Positions 27,732-37,521 of a DNA stretch of 64,000 nucleotides are shown piece by piece. Position 1 is the stretch's first letter; every line of letters begins with the position of its first letter. The position numbers were made by a program, and so were the translations under genes. Source of the DNA: Verrucomicrobiota bacterium. GTDB lineage: Bacteria; Verrucomicrobiota; Verrucomicrobiia; Opitutales; Cerasicoccaceae. The stretch lies in NCBI GenBank assembly GCA_039818205.1, contig JBCBUK010000004.1, positions 245,405 through 309,404 on the forward strand. The letters are read 5' to 3'. The notes beneath the pieces were generated by a model. That model was not told where the DNA came from, made no database searches, and saw only the letters and a list, made by a program, of their open reading frames with translations.

Positions 27732-29936
27732 CTACCCGAACACTTCTTGCAATTTCACTCCGAGGCCGGTGAGTCGGCGGAGGCTTTCCACGTTGCGTAC
27801 GGCCATTGAGTAGGCGGCGGGATCGCCGACTAGAATGACCTTTTTGCGTCCTCGGGTTATCGCGGTATAGAGCAGATTACGTTGGAGCATCACGTAGTGT
27901 TGCTTGAGGAGTGGAATCAGCACGATGGGGAACTCGCTACCTTGGCTTTTGTGAATCGTGATGGCGTAGGCAAGTGAGAGGTCAAGGAGTTCGGGGCGCT
28001 CGTATTCGATTTCGTTACCGTCATAGTCGACCGCCACGGTTCCAGCCTCGACGTTGACGGCGCTGATGCAGCCAAGGTCGCCATTAAAGATGCCCTTCTC
28101 GTAGTTATTACGGGTCTGGATGACTTTGTCGTTCTGCCGGAACTTGCTGTTCCCGTAGATGACGCCGCGACTCTCCGCATTGAGGGCGGCCGGTAAATCC
28201 TCGTTGATGCGCGCGACTCCGCTGGCCCCCTTGTGCATGGGGGCCAGCACTTGGATATCCATTAGGCGGTTGGCCCAATCATACCAGCGTGGCAGGTGCT
28301 CTTTCCACAGATTGGTTATCTGGCGAACGGTGTCCTCGGGATCCGTCGTTTGAAGAAAGTGAAGGTCCTGAGCCGGGTCGATATCGGCAATGCGATTGAC
28401 AATGAACGGGGCTTGCGCGCGATTGTTCATGATCGCATGAGCTGTCGTGACGATTGCCGAGCGGGCGCCTTGGCGGAAGATCTTGCCCAGGCGGGTTACG
28501 GCCATGGCCGAGCTGGGTTTTCCCTCGATAAACTCAATGATGTCGCTGAGCACCGCACCAGCTCCTACCGACGGTAGTTGGTGGATGTCGCCAACGAGCA
28601 GGAGATGTGCGTTCGCTGGTAGGGCTCGGAGTAGCGCGGCCGCCAGCCGTGAATCGAGCATAGAGGACTCGTCAACGATCATGAACTCCGTTTTCAGCGG
28701 ATTGTCATCAGTGTGGACGAAGCCGCCCGCCTGCGCGTCAAATTTTAGCAGTCGATGGATGGTCTGCGCATGAGCTCCCGTGCTCTCGGCCATGCGTGCA
28801 GCGGCGCGTCCCGTGGGGGATGCGAGGGTGAGCTTTACTTTCTTAGCCCGAAGAATGTCAACAAGCGCGCGTAGGATTGTGGTTTTGCCAGTTCCTGGAC
28901 CACCGGTCAAAATGCTTACTTTGCATCGCAAAGCAGCTTTAACGGCTTCGGTTTGCTCGCTGGCAAAAGTAAAGCCTGCGCGCTCTTCAGCCCATTCGAC
29001 TGCCTTGTCGATTTTGATAGGGGGCAGGGCGGATTGGCCTTCGGCGAGATCGGCGATCGCCTGCGCGATGCCAACTTCTGAGCGGCGGAGAACGGGGAGC
29101 TGAATGAAGGCTTCGCCTTCGCGAGTTGTTTCTTTGACAAGGAATGAGCCAGCGACCAACGAGTCGATGCGCGTGGGAATCAGGTCCTCGCCGACTTCAA
29201 GCATCTCGGCTGATTTCTTGAGAAGGTCGCTGGCTGGATAACCGGTATGGCCTTCGGTTTCCAGTTCTTGAAGCGCGAATTGGATGCCAGCGTCGATGCG
29301 CTGGGGGCTTTCGTTGGAGAAGCCCAAATTCACGGCAATCTTATCGGCGGTTTTGAAACCAATGCCCGGGACTTCGCGGGCAACACGGTAGGGTTCGTTT
29401 TGTAGAATTGTTTTCGCGGCGTTGCCGTATTGGCGGATCAGCCGCAGGCAAAGGTTGGTGCCAACGCCATAGGTTTGCAAGAAGGTCATGACGTCCCGGA
29501 GGGACACTTGTTCGTCCCAGGCTTTCTTGATTTCCTTTGCCCGCATCGGTCCGACGCCTGGGATTTCACGGAGCCGTCCGGATTCTTCCGAGATTACCCG
29601 CAGGGTGTCGGCACCGAATTTGCCGACGATTTTGTCCGCAAACTTTGGCCCAACTTTCGGAATTAGTCCACTGCCCAGATACTTGCGAATGCCATGGACC
29701 GAAGCAGGGAGCTCAGAGCTAAATGAAGCAATTTTGAATTGCGGCCCATGGGTGGCATGTCGCGTCCACTCTCCATTGAGCTTAAGCGTTTCGCCACATT
29801 GCACGCCGGGTAGGTTGCCAACCACGGTGACGCCTTGACCGCGCTGTCCTTCGACCTTCAACTCGCCAATCGTATAGTGGTTTTCCTCATTGTGGAAAAC
29901 GATGCGATCGAGCACGCCGGTTATTTCATCAGCCAT
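27732..29936 (-). CDS. recD2: RecD2-type SF1 helicase
   Basis: N-terminal OB and HhH region, GGPGTGKT, TIHRLL, VDESSM, GD..QLPSV, YAITIHKSQGSEF, YTAITR. Confidence 0.95.
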   Translation of the reverse strand: MADEITGVLDRIVFHNEENHYTIGELKVEGQRGQGVTVVGNLPGVQCGETLKLNGEWTRHATHGPQFKIASFSSELPASVHGIRKYLGSGLIPKVGPKFADKIVGKFGADTLRVISEESGRLREIPGVGPMRAKEIKKAWDEQVSLRDVMTFLQTYGVGTNLCLRLIRQYGNAAKTILQNEPYRVAREVPGIGFKTADKIAVNLGFSNESPQRIDAGIQFALQELETEGHTGYPASDLLKKSAEMLEVGEDLIPTRIDSLVAGSFLVKETTREGEAFIQLPVLRRSEVGIAQAIADLAEGQSALPPIKIDKAVEWAEERAGFTFASEQTEAVKAALRCKVSILTGGPGTGKTTILRALVDILRAKKVKLTLASPTGRAAARMAESTGAHAQTIHRLLKFDAQAGGFVHTDDNPLKTEFMIVDESSMLDSRLAAALLRALPANAHLLLVGDIHQLPSVGAGAVLSDIIEFIEGKPSSAMAVTRLGKIFRQGARSAIVTTAHAIMNNRAQAPFIVNRIADIDPAQDLHFLQTTDPEDTVRQITNLWKEHLPRWYDWANRLMDIQVLAPMHKGASGVARINEDLPAALNAESRGVIYGNSKFRQNDKVIQTRNNYEKGIFNGDLGCISAVNVEAGTVAVDYDGNEIEYERPELLDLSLAYAITIHKSQGSEFPIVLIPLLKQHYVMLQRNLLYTAITRGRKKVILVGDPAAYSMAVRNVESLRRLTGLGVKLQEVFG

Positions 29937-30008
29937 AGAAAGACGTTAGGGTTAAATGGCGGCGGGAAAACCTAAAACTTGATCATCTCGAACGAAGGAC
30001 TTTCATGA

Positions 30009-31154
30009 CTAATAGCGGGCCATGTCAGAATCGATCTCTAGCGCCCAGGCGTCGATGCCACCCATGATGCTAAAGCTCTGTTCGACTCCCTTGGCTCGCA
30101 GAAACTCAGTTGCGCGCAGGCTGCGCATGCCATGGTGACAATAGACGAGCAGGGGGCGGTCGGCCTCGATTTCTTCCCACCGCTGCGGCAACTCACCCAA
30201 AGGGATCACCTGGGCGCCCGGTATTTTGGCCACGGCGACTTCGAAGTCCTCACGGACATCTAGGAGTGCCGGTTTGTTATCTGAGCTCAATTGTTCGTGA
30301 GCTTGTTTTACGGTGATTTCCATAGTGTTTTCGTTTGGCTGAGCCTCATTGGGGTCGCAAGACCATACATAATTCTCCGGTTGAATCGTGGTGATCTGAG
30401 GCGAATCACCGCAGAGGGGACATTGCGGATCCCGCTTTAGTTTTAGCGTGCGATGGCGTTGAGCCAGCGAATCGACCACCAAGAGCCGCCCCTGCAAACG
30501 CTCACCAATGCCGACAATCGATTTAACAGCCTCCATCGCCTGATAGCTGCCAATAACGCCGCAAAGTGCACCAAATACACCCGCCTGTTCACAATTGGGA
30601 ACCGTGCCGGGCTCTGGGATCTGTGGAAACAGGCAGCGATAGCAGGGGCCACCGGAGTTTGCGTCGAAAAGTGACACTTGGCCTTCAAATTGAAAGACGC
30701 TTCCATAAACCAACGGTTTTTTTGCCAAGTAGGCGGCATCATTGACCAAATAGCGGGTCGGAAAATTATCGGATCCGTCCACAACGATATCGTAGCGCTT
30801 GATCAAGTCGATGGCATTGTCCTGGGTGATGCCCGATTCAATTCGCTCCAAGGTGATGTCCGAACTAATCGCGCGCAGCGATTCGATGCCTGAATCGAGT
30901 TTTGATCTACCCGAATCGGCATCACCATGCAGGATCTGGCGCTGTAGGTTGTGGGGCTCGACCTGATCGAAATCCGCTAAGCCCAACGTGCCAACACCGG
31001 CGGCAGCCAGGTAAAGCGCGACCGGGCTGCCGAGACCACCGAGTCCAATAACGAGGACACGGGCTTCGGCTAGTGTCTCCTGGCCTTCGAGGCCAACTTG
31101 TGGGAGTCGAATGTGGCGAGAATATCGAGCGATACTTTCGGGGGAAAGTGACAT
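30009..31154 (-). CDS. moeB: MoeB/ThiF adenylyltransferase with C-terminal rhodanese domain
   Basis: RYSRHI, GLGGLG, NLQRQ, DGSDNF, CYRC...CPLC; rhodanese CHHGMRS and GGIDAW. Start set at MSLSPE. Confidence 0.92.
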   Translation of the reverse strand: MSLSPESIARYSRHIRLPQVGLEGQETLAEARVLVIGLGGLGSPVALYLAAAGVGTLGLADFDQVEPHNLQRQILHGDADSGRSKLDSGIESLRAISSDITLERIESGITQDNAIDLIKRYDIVVDGSDNFPTRYLVNDAAYLAKKPLVYGSVFQFEGQVSLFDANSGGPCYRCLFPQIPEPGTVPNCEQAGVFGALCGVIGSYQAMEAVKSIVGIGERLQGRLLVVDSLAQRHRTLKLKRDPQCPLCGDSPQITTIQPENYVWSCDPNEAQPNENTMEITVKQAHEQLSSDNKPALLDVREDFEVAVAKIPGAQVIPLGELPQRWEEIEADRPLLVYCHHGMRSLRATEFLRAKGVEQSFSIMGGIDAWALEIDSDMARY

Positions 31155-31313
31155 CCCCGCAATCAAGCACGCCACAATCGTTTTGAAAAGCGATAATCGG
31201 CGTTTTGTTCGTTGGACCTTGCGCGCGGGCGGCAGATCAATCGGTTGGTCTCGATGTGAAATATTTAGTTCAGAAAAGATTGAATTAGCGTTCCGGCTCA
31301 CCATTCTCGCGGG

Positions 31314-32405
31314 ATGCCTCAGAAATTTGTCGTGATCATGGCTGGCGGACGCGGTGAGCGTTTCTGGCCCCAAAGTCGCTTACGCAAGCCGAAGCACCTC
31401 TTGCCGATTGTCGGTGAAGAGCCGATGTTGACGCAGACGGTCAAGCGGTTGGAAGGCTTGGTGGCCCCAGAGCAAGTGTTGATTATCACGAACGCCGAGC
31501 AGCGTGACGCTGTTCTGGAGGTGTGCCCAATGCTTCCGCCAGAGAACGTGATTGCTGAACCAATCGGTCGGGACACCGCACCCGCGGTGGGTCTAGCGAT
31601 GGAGATTGTCCGCTCCCGCGACCCAGAGGGTGTGTTCGCGATGCTACCAGCGGACCATGTGATTCATGACGCCGCGGGCTTCCGTCGCGTATTGTCGGCT
31701 GCCTTTGACGCCGCCACACAAGAAGCGGTTCTGGTGACCATTGGGATTGAGCCTGACTGCCCGGCTACTGGCTTTGGATACATCCACAAAGGGGAGCAGT
31801 ATACCGAGATCGAGAATCTGCCGTTGTTCCGCGTTCAGGGATTTGTGGAGAAGCCGGACCTCGAGACCGCGAAGTCTTACCTGGATTCGGGCGAGTATTT
31901 TTGGAATGCGGGCATGTTTGTCTGGACGGTGGGCACGGTTGATGCCGCATTTGCCCAGCACGTTCCTGGTTTGCATGCCGCTCTTGGCGAAATCGGCAAA
32001 GCCTTGGCTGCGAACGAAGACATTGCTTCCGTTCTGGAACGCGAGTACCCGCAGCTGGAAAAAATCAGCGTGGACTACGCTCTAATGGAAAAGGCGGACA
32101 ACGTCGTTACGTTGCCATCAGCCTTTGATTGGGATGATGTCGGCGCCTGGCCCGCAATCGCGAATCACCACGAAAAAGACGACAGCGAGAACGTCGTTAA
32201 GGGCGCCGGTTGGGTTGAGATGGGTAGTGGCAACATTGTCCTCTCCGAAAACGACGGTCACCTGCTGGCGCTTGTGGGCGTTGATAATTTGATTGTTGTC
32301 CGCACCGAGGATGCGACTTTGGTCTGCCCGAAAGACCGAGCGCAGGACATCAAGAAGCTCGTCAAGAATCTCGCTGACCACGACGATTGGAAGAAGTTGA
32401 TGTAA
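31314..32405 (+). CDS. manC: Mannose-1-phosphate guanylyltransferase (no PMI domain)
   Basis: MAGG.GERFWP.SR...PK, EP.GRDTA, PADH, FVEKP, WNAGMF, WDDVG.W. Confidence 0.93.
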   Translation: MPQKFVVIMAGGRGERFWPQSRLRKPKHLLPIVGEEPMLTQTVKRLEGLVAPEQVLIITNAEQRDAVLEVCPMLPPENVIAEPIGRDTAPAVGLAMEIVRSRDPEGVFAMLPADHVIHDAAGFRRVLSAAFDAATQEAVLVTIGIEPDCPATGFGYIHKGEQYTEIENLPLFRVQGFVEKPDLETAKSYLDSGEYFWNAGMFVWTVGTVDAAFAQHVPGLHAALGEIGKALAANEDIASVLEREYPQLEKISVDYALMEKADNVVTLPSAFDWDDVGAWPAIANHHEKDDSENVVKGAGWVEMGSGNIVLSENDGHLLALVGVDNLIVVRTEDATLVCPKDRAQDIKKLVKNLADHDDWKKLM

Positions 32406-32445
32406 CCGTGGCGTTGCTGATCCGCGCTGCCACCGATCACTGACC

Positions 32446-32922
32446 ATGAATTATCTTGGAATTGACTATGGTGAAAAGCGTATTGGCCTTGCGACTGGCG
32501 ATGACGAAGTGAGGCTTGCCGCGCCCATCCCTGCTGCGGTTCAGCCAACATCAGACGCACGCTTTGAGCAGATCTCTGAGGAGATCAAACGGCGTCGAAT
32601 AGGCGCCTTGGTCGTTGGCTATCCTTACAACATGGATGGCACGATTGGGTTTAAAGCGAAGGAGGTTGACGGTTTTATTGCCGAGCTTGAAAAACGGTTT
32701 GCCCTGCCGATACACCGAACAGATGAGCGTTTGACCTCGCAGGTTGCTGAATCCCAAATGGCGGAAACGCGACGCGGCAAATCGCGTTCCAAACAATCGA
32801 TCAAGGCGAAGCAGCAGGAGCGGCGTAGCGGCAATCTAGATTCCCGGGCGGCCGCATTGATCCTCCAAGACTATTTGGATGGCGGTGTTGTTCCGTTGTA
32901 TCCAGACCCAGACGACGCATGA
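32446..32922 (+). CDS. ruvX: YqgF/RuvX RNase H-fold nuclease
   Basis: GIDYGEKRIGLA, VVGYP..MDG, DERLTS, D..AA.LILQ.YL. Confidence 0.93.
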   Translation: MNYLGIDYGEKRIGLATGDDEVRLAAPIPAAVQPTSDARFEQISEEIKRRRIGALVVGYPYNMDGTIGFKAKEVDGFIAELEKRFALPIHRTDERLTSQVAESQMAETRRGKSRSKQSIKAKQQERRSGNLDSRAAALILQDYLDGGVVPLYPDPDDA

Positions 32923-33656
32923 AGTGGAAATGCACCTGCGCCTATGATGGATCAACCCTGAACGGTTGGCAGAGCCAGCCCGTCGGGAACACAGTTCAGG
33001 ACTTTATCGAGGCCCGGCTGCAGGTGATTTTTCAACGAGCGATTCGCATCCATGGCAGTGGCCGGACGGATTCTGGCGTCCATGCCAAAGCGCAAACATT
33101 TCATTTTGAAGCGGATTGGAGTCATGGCGCCGACAAGTTGGAGCGGGCATTTCGCAGCGGGCTTCCCGCTGCAATCCAGGTGTATAAAGTGGTTCGGGCT
33201 TCGGATGATTTTCATGCCCGTTTTTCCGCAACGGGGAAGCGGTATGTGTATCGATTTTATGAAGGTTGGGCGCGCCCGTGGGACACTCGCTATTGTTGGG
33301 ATCTCGGGCGTCGGCGTTTGGACGTCGACCGCATGAATGAAGCGGCGGACCGTTTGCTGGGCCACCGCGATTTCACGGCCTTTGGTGCAAACCGCGGCGA
33401 TGGCTCGGAAGACAATCCCGTGAAAGATATGCGCGTGCTCCGGGTGACTCGTAATGGCCGCAAACTCACGATGACCACTGAAGCAAGCGGCTACCTCTAC
33501 AAAATGGTGCGCAGTTTGGCAGGAACGCTGGTTGATGTCGGTTTGGGCAAGCTAAGCCCCGATGACGTTGCTGAGATTCTAGAGTCTCGGGTGCGCGCTA
33601 ATTCCGTGTCGACGGCCCCGGCCAAGGGCTTGTGGCTTGAACGGGTGTATTACTAA
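32919..33656 (+). CDS. truA: tRNA pseudouridine(38-40) synthase
   Basis: YDG...GWQ.Q, SGRTDSGVHA, FHARF, YKMVR, TAPAKGL.L; ATGA overlap with ruvX. Confidence 0.95.
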   Translation: MKWKCTCAYDGSTLNGWQSQPVGNTVQDFIEARLQVIFQRAIRIHGSGRTDSGVHAKAQTFHFEADWSHGADKLERAFRSGLPAAIQVYKVVRASDDFHARFSATGKRYVYRFYEGWARPWDTRYCWDLGRRRLDVDRMNEAADRLLGHRDFTAFGANRGDGSEDNPVKDMRVLRVTRNGRKLTMTTEASGYLYKMVRSLAGTLVDVGLGKLSPDDVAEILESRVRANSVSTAPAKGLWLERVYY

Positions 33657-33708
33657 TCGCTGATTCGCGGTAACGAAAAGGGATGATAATCAAGGCAGTT
33701 TCTTATAA

Positions 33709-33743
33709 TTGCTGGAGGTTTCAAAGCCAGTTAAACTAATCGC
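33709..33743 (+). promoter_or_regulatory. Putative leaderless promoter
   Basis: TTGCTG-N17-TAAACT-N6-ATG. Confidence 0.55.
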
Positions 33744-34127
33744 ATGAACAAGCTCAGTGTGCCATTTAAAATTAAGGATGTGTTTCATGGATTCGCGGAA
33801 TCCAACGGCATCCTTCGGTTGGAAGACGACGTCCTAGCTATTGAGTTTCAAACAAAAGACAACCTGGTTGGGGCGATCCAGTCCGAGGTGAAGAATATCC
33901 GGCTATCAGTTTGCGATATAGAATCGGTCGATTTTCGAAAAAGCATCTTAGGCAACTCGTTGACGATTCGCTTGTCGACGATGGAACTGTCCCATCAGGT
34001 TCCCAATCAGGAGTCGGGTGAAATTACAGTATCGATTGACCGGCGCAATGTAGAAGCCGCCCTGGATTTTGTTTCTCGAGTCAAACTTGAGGTTGCAGAT
34101 CAGCGGCTCAGGGACGTAAATATATAG
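33744..34127 (+). CDS. Hypothetical protein (beta-rich with C-terminal helix, possibly PH-like)
   Basis: 127 aa ORF with its own promoter-like element; no catalytic motif recognised. Confidence 0.7.
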   Translation: MNKLSVPFKIKDVFHGFAESNGILRLEDDVLAIEFQTKDNLVGAIQSEVKNIRLSVCDIESVDFRKSILGNSLTIRLSTMELSHQVPNQESGEITVSIDRRNVEAALDFVSRVKLEVADQRLRDVNI

Positions 34128-34183
34128 CGTGTGCGGGCAACTTGGATGGTCGCACGTCAGCTACGGCTGGGGTCGACTTCCAT

Positions 34184-35827
34184 ATGTTTTCACTGCGTTA
34201 TCAATCAATTACTTCACGTTGGCTCGAGTCACTTGCCGGCATTCTTGCCCGGGTGACATGCGGCGTGACTCTGTTGAGCCTTCAACCATTGCTGGCGGAA
34301 AACTTGCCGATTGAGGAGCGGCAATTAGTCGTGGAGGGAAATCAAATTACGACGGCCCAGCTTTTTGGTGGCGAGCAGTTTTGGATCTACTTTCCAAAGT
34401 ACGATTTTTCCCATGTAGTTGACGGATCCGGTTATGGGAAAACCCCGATTAGCCAAACGATTGAAAACTGGGTTGATGAGGGGACGGCTGCGGGAAATGT
34501 GGGCGACGTCTATGAGAACCGGGACAATGGACACTCGCGACTGAATCTGAATCAATTCGGCGAGTTGGTTGCGGTGACCTATGCGGAGGATCTAAAAAAG
34601 CAGGGGATCGACTACGGAGCAAAGTTTCAATTTGCGCACCATCGACCAGCAATCATCAATGCATCGGTTGCGTTCAAGGGGCGCCCGTTTTCGCAGAGTA
34701 TGCCGCGGGCCATGCTGCATAACCCGACGATCGGTCTCAAGTTATACCCGCTCTATCGTTTGAGTGATTTTTGTTTCTATCCCGAGCATCGCGATCACGA
34801 CAAAGTGCGCGGCGATATGTTTGCGGTAAACACGCCCTATGTGATCATCTCCCAAGGGTCTTCGGGATCGGATAAAGCGTTTATGGAAGCCGTGGCGCAG
34901 ACCCTCGCCAGTTTCCATCCCGAGGTGAAAGAGAAACTGCACCAACGCGGCCTCCTTGCCCCGGCGGTGCAGATGATTATGCGATGGTGTAACGTCGGGA
35001 TTGGCGATGCCCAACGTTATTTGTCGGGTCAGGCGCATCCGTCGGTTTTCAAAGCGGCAAATTTGCGTCCGGAGGCCATGATAGAGATGGCGCACGATAT
35101 AGCTCCAGACACCTTGCCACCCTTGGCCATGATCGAAATGGTTGAGGAGGAAGAAGCAGTCCTGGGCCGAGATTTCTTTGACCCCGGAGCAACCGAGAAA
35201 CTATTGGATACGCCGTGCGCGATTGGGCGGGTTGCTCGAAATCTCGGCTACGAGAGACGCTTTGTGGTTTCGGCGGAAAAAAGCATGGATGCCAATGACC
35301 TTCCGTTGACGTATCATTGGCAGGTGCTGCGGGGGGATGAGTCGTTGATTAGCATTCAGCCGTTAGATCCCAGTGGGAAACGCGCGGAAATAACGGTCGC
35401 TTACCAACGCGAAACATCAGTTCCCGGCAACGCTGAGTTGCGGAGCCAGCGGGTTGATATCGGAGTATTCGTGAACAACGGTACCTATTTCTCTCCGCCG
35501 TCTTTCATTTCGATCTGGTTTCCGCCTACCGACCGCCGTTTTTACAACGACCAAAAGCGACTGACCCACGTCGAGTACCAATCTCCGCTCACCAAGAACG
35601 AGGAAACGGATGTCGCTCTCACATTTGCAAAGCCGTGGTCGGACTACTATCGCTACGATGATCAGGGTTCGCTGCTGGGGTGGGAGCGCCGATATGAGGA
35701 TGGATCGCGGGTCGAGCAGTATGGGCCCGAAGGAATGCTCCAAGATTTGCAAACGGGCGATTGGCGCATTCCCCGGTACACGACCACCGTGAGCCGCAAA
35801 CAGGTTCAGAACGTCACCGTGGAATAA
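34184..35827 (+). CDS. Conserved hypothetical protein, probably exported
   Basis: Long ORF with AAGN.GD.Y.NRD.GHS, YPEHRDHD, SQGSSGSD, HPSVF motifs and YD-like segments at the C-terminus. Start uncertain. Confidence 0.75.
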   Translation: MFSLRYQSITSRWLESLAGILARVTCGVTLLSLQPLLAENLPIEERQLVVEGNQITTAQLFGGEQFWIYFPKYDFSHVVDGSGYGKTPISQTIENWVDEGTAAGNVGDVYENRDNGHSRLNLNQFGELVAVTYAEDLKKQGIDYGAKFQFAHHRPAIINASVAFKGRPFSQSMPRAMLHNPTIGLKLYPLYRLSDFCFYPEHRDHDKVRGDMFAVNTPYVIISQGSSGSDKAFMEAVAQTLASFHPEVKEKLHQRGLLAPAVQMIMRWCNVGIGDAQRYLSGQAHPSVFKAANLRPEAMIEMAHDIAPDTLPPLAMIEMVEEEEAVLGRDFFDPGATEKLLDTPCAIGRVARNLGYERRFVVSAEKSMDANDLPLTYHWQVLRGDESLISIQPLDPSGKRAEITVAYQRETSVPGNAELRSQRVDIGVFVNNGTYFSPPSFISIWFPPTDRRFYNDQKRLTHVEYQSPLTKNEETDVALTFAKPWSDYYRYDDQGSLLGWERRYEDGSRVEQYGPEGMLQDLQTGDWRIPRYTTTVSRKQVQNVTVE

Positions 35828-35831
35828 TCCG

Positions 35832-36587
35832 ATGAATCCAGGTGGCTTGACATCCAGATCCTCCACGCTCGGCGAATGGGCCCAGCGCTTCTTAGATCTG
35901 ATATATCCGCGCGAGTGTTTGGTTACAGCCGAGCCGGTCGAGGATGATTCGCCGTGTCAGTTCCTCTCCAAAGAGGCGTTACGGCAGATTTACTACATTC
36001 ACGAGCCACATTGCCCAACGTGCGGTGCTCCGTTCTTTGGGGAGCTGCTGGCGTCTCGCGAGTGTCCGTTTTGCGTGGAGCTCAACCCCGCGTTTAGCCG
36101 CGGACGCTCCCTTTACCTGCTAAAAGACTCCGGACGAGAAATAATTCACGAAATAAAATACCGACGTGGACGTTATTTATTGCCCGACTTGCAGTGGATC
36201 ATCGCGCAGCATCCGCATTTCATCGAGTTTATTTCCGAGGCGTATTTGATTCCCATCCCGCTGCACCCGTCTCGCGAGCGCGAACGCGGATTCAATCAAA
36301 GCCGATTGATTGCCGATCAGATGGAGGCGGTTTCCGATTGCCAAGTCATTGACTGTCTGGAACGTGTGAAATTTACTCAGACTCAGACTCGTTTGGATCG
36401 CGCCCAGCGAAAGGCCAATTTACGGGGTGCTTTTGCGTTGAAAAAGCGGACCAAATTGGATCCCGATGCCCGTTATGTGTTGGTCGACGATGTATTCACC
36501 ACCGGGTCGACTTTGAACTCCGCTGCACGGGTTCTCCTGCGCGCGGGGGCGAAAAGAGTTGATGCCGCAACGGTAGGGCATGGTTGA
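35832..36587 (+). CDS. ComF-family protein (zinc ribbons plus PRTase fold)
   Basis: CPTC/CPFC, PIPLH..R..ERGFNQS, LVDDVFTTGST. Confidence 0.92.
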   Translation: MNPGGLTSRSSTLGEWAQRFLDLIYPRECLVTAEPVEDDSPCQFLSKEALRQIYYIHEPHCPTCGAPFFGELLASRECPFCVELNPAFSRGRSLYLLKDSGREIIHEIKYRRGRYLLPDLQWIIAQHPHFIEFISEAYLIPIPLHPSRERERGFNQSRLIADQMEAVSDCQVIDCLERVKFTQTQTRLDRAQRKANLRGAFALKKRTKLDPDARYVLVDDVFTTGSTLNSAARVLLRAGAKRVDAATVGHG

Positions 36588-36646
36588 CGAACGCAAATTT
36601 CGTGTCTATACATGCCCAGTTTACTAAGTATCAGATTTGAGTCATT

Positions 36647-37519
36647 ATGGCGATTTTTCGTAGACCACAGTATTCGACCGTTCGCGTTAAGAAGAAAGAC
36701 ATTCCAGCCGGCCTCTGGACCAAGTGCCCAGCCAGTGGCGAAATTGTGTACAACAAGGAGTTGGAAGAGAATTGGATGGTCGTCCCCAAAAGTGGGTACC
36801 ATTTTCCTCTCAAAGCCCGCCGTCGGGTCGATTTGTTGATCGATGACGGGACTTTTCAAGAGTTCGATTCGACCCTGACCAGTGTTGATCCGCTTGGATT
36901 CGTCGACAATAAACCTTATCCTGCCCGCATTGAAGCCGCACAAAACAAGACTGGTGAAAATGACGCGGTGGTGAGTGGTGACGGTCTTCTCAACGGTGCT
37001 CCCGTCTCGATCGCAGTCATGGATTTTGCCTTTAATGGCGGAAGCATGGGCTGTGTTGTGGGCGAGAAAATTACCCGTGCGATTGAGCGGGCGACTGAAG
37101 CTCGCAAGCCGGTGATCATTGTATGTGCCTCCGGTGGTGCTCGCATGCAAGAAGGCATTCTCAGCCTGATGCAGCTGGCGAAGACCAGCGCAGCGCTGGC
37201 ACGCCATAGCGAAGCGGGGCTGCCCTACGTGTCCGTTCTCACGAATCCAACCATGGCAGGCGTCATGGCGAGTTTTGCCTCCCTGGGAGATGTGATCATT
37301 GCCGAGCCCAAAGCATTGATTGGATTTGCCGGGCCACGCGTGATTAAAGAGACGACTCAACAAGACTTGCCGCCAGGCTTCCAAACTGCTGAGTTCTTGC
37401 TCTCTCGCGGATTGGTCGACCAGATTGTCCCACGCTTGGAAATGAAGTCCCGCTTATCGGTCTTGTTGCGTGCCTTTGCTTCCAGCAGTGCGGCGATGCA
37501 AAACGCTGAAGCGATCTAA
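36647..37519 (+). CDS. accD: Acetyl-CoA carboxylase carboxyltransferase beta subunit
   Basis: [48 protein letters not shown]. Confidence 0.96.
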   Translation: MAIFRRPQYSTVRVKKKDIPAGLWTKCPASGEIVYNKELEENWMVVPKSGYHFPLKARRRVDLLIDDGTFQEFDSTLTSVDPLGFVDNKPYPARIEAAQNKTGENDAVVSGDGLLNGAPVSIAVMDFAFNGGSMGCVVGEKITRAIERATEARKPVIIVCASGGARMQEGILSLMQLAKTSAALARHSEAGLPYVSVLTNPTMAGVMASFASLGDVIIAEPKALIGFAGPRVIKETTQQDLPPGFQTAEFLLSRGLVDQIVPRLEMKSRLSVLLRAFASSSAAMQNAEAI

Positions 37520-37521
37520 GC

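Noticed and set aside
16821..29936. DinG, YraN and RecD2 as a possible defence or type IV CRISPR system
   Set aside because: The genes are dispersed among housekeeping genes, with no cas genes, array or adjacent partner.
1532..31154. Two ThiF/E1-like enzymes as a ubiquitin-like or CBASS system
   Set aside because: They are ordinary TcdA and MoeB-rhodanese; no E2, JAMM or cyclase is nearby.
31155..31373. 73-aa N-terminal extension of MoeB in the ORF track
   Set aside because: Overlaps the divergent manC; homology starts at MSLSPE (31154). Similar over-extended starts were trimmed for gmhB, ilvE, the VanZ gene and others.
36473..37384. 303-aa antisense ORF
   Set aside because: Antisense shadow of accD/comF.
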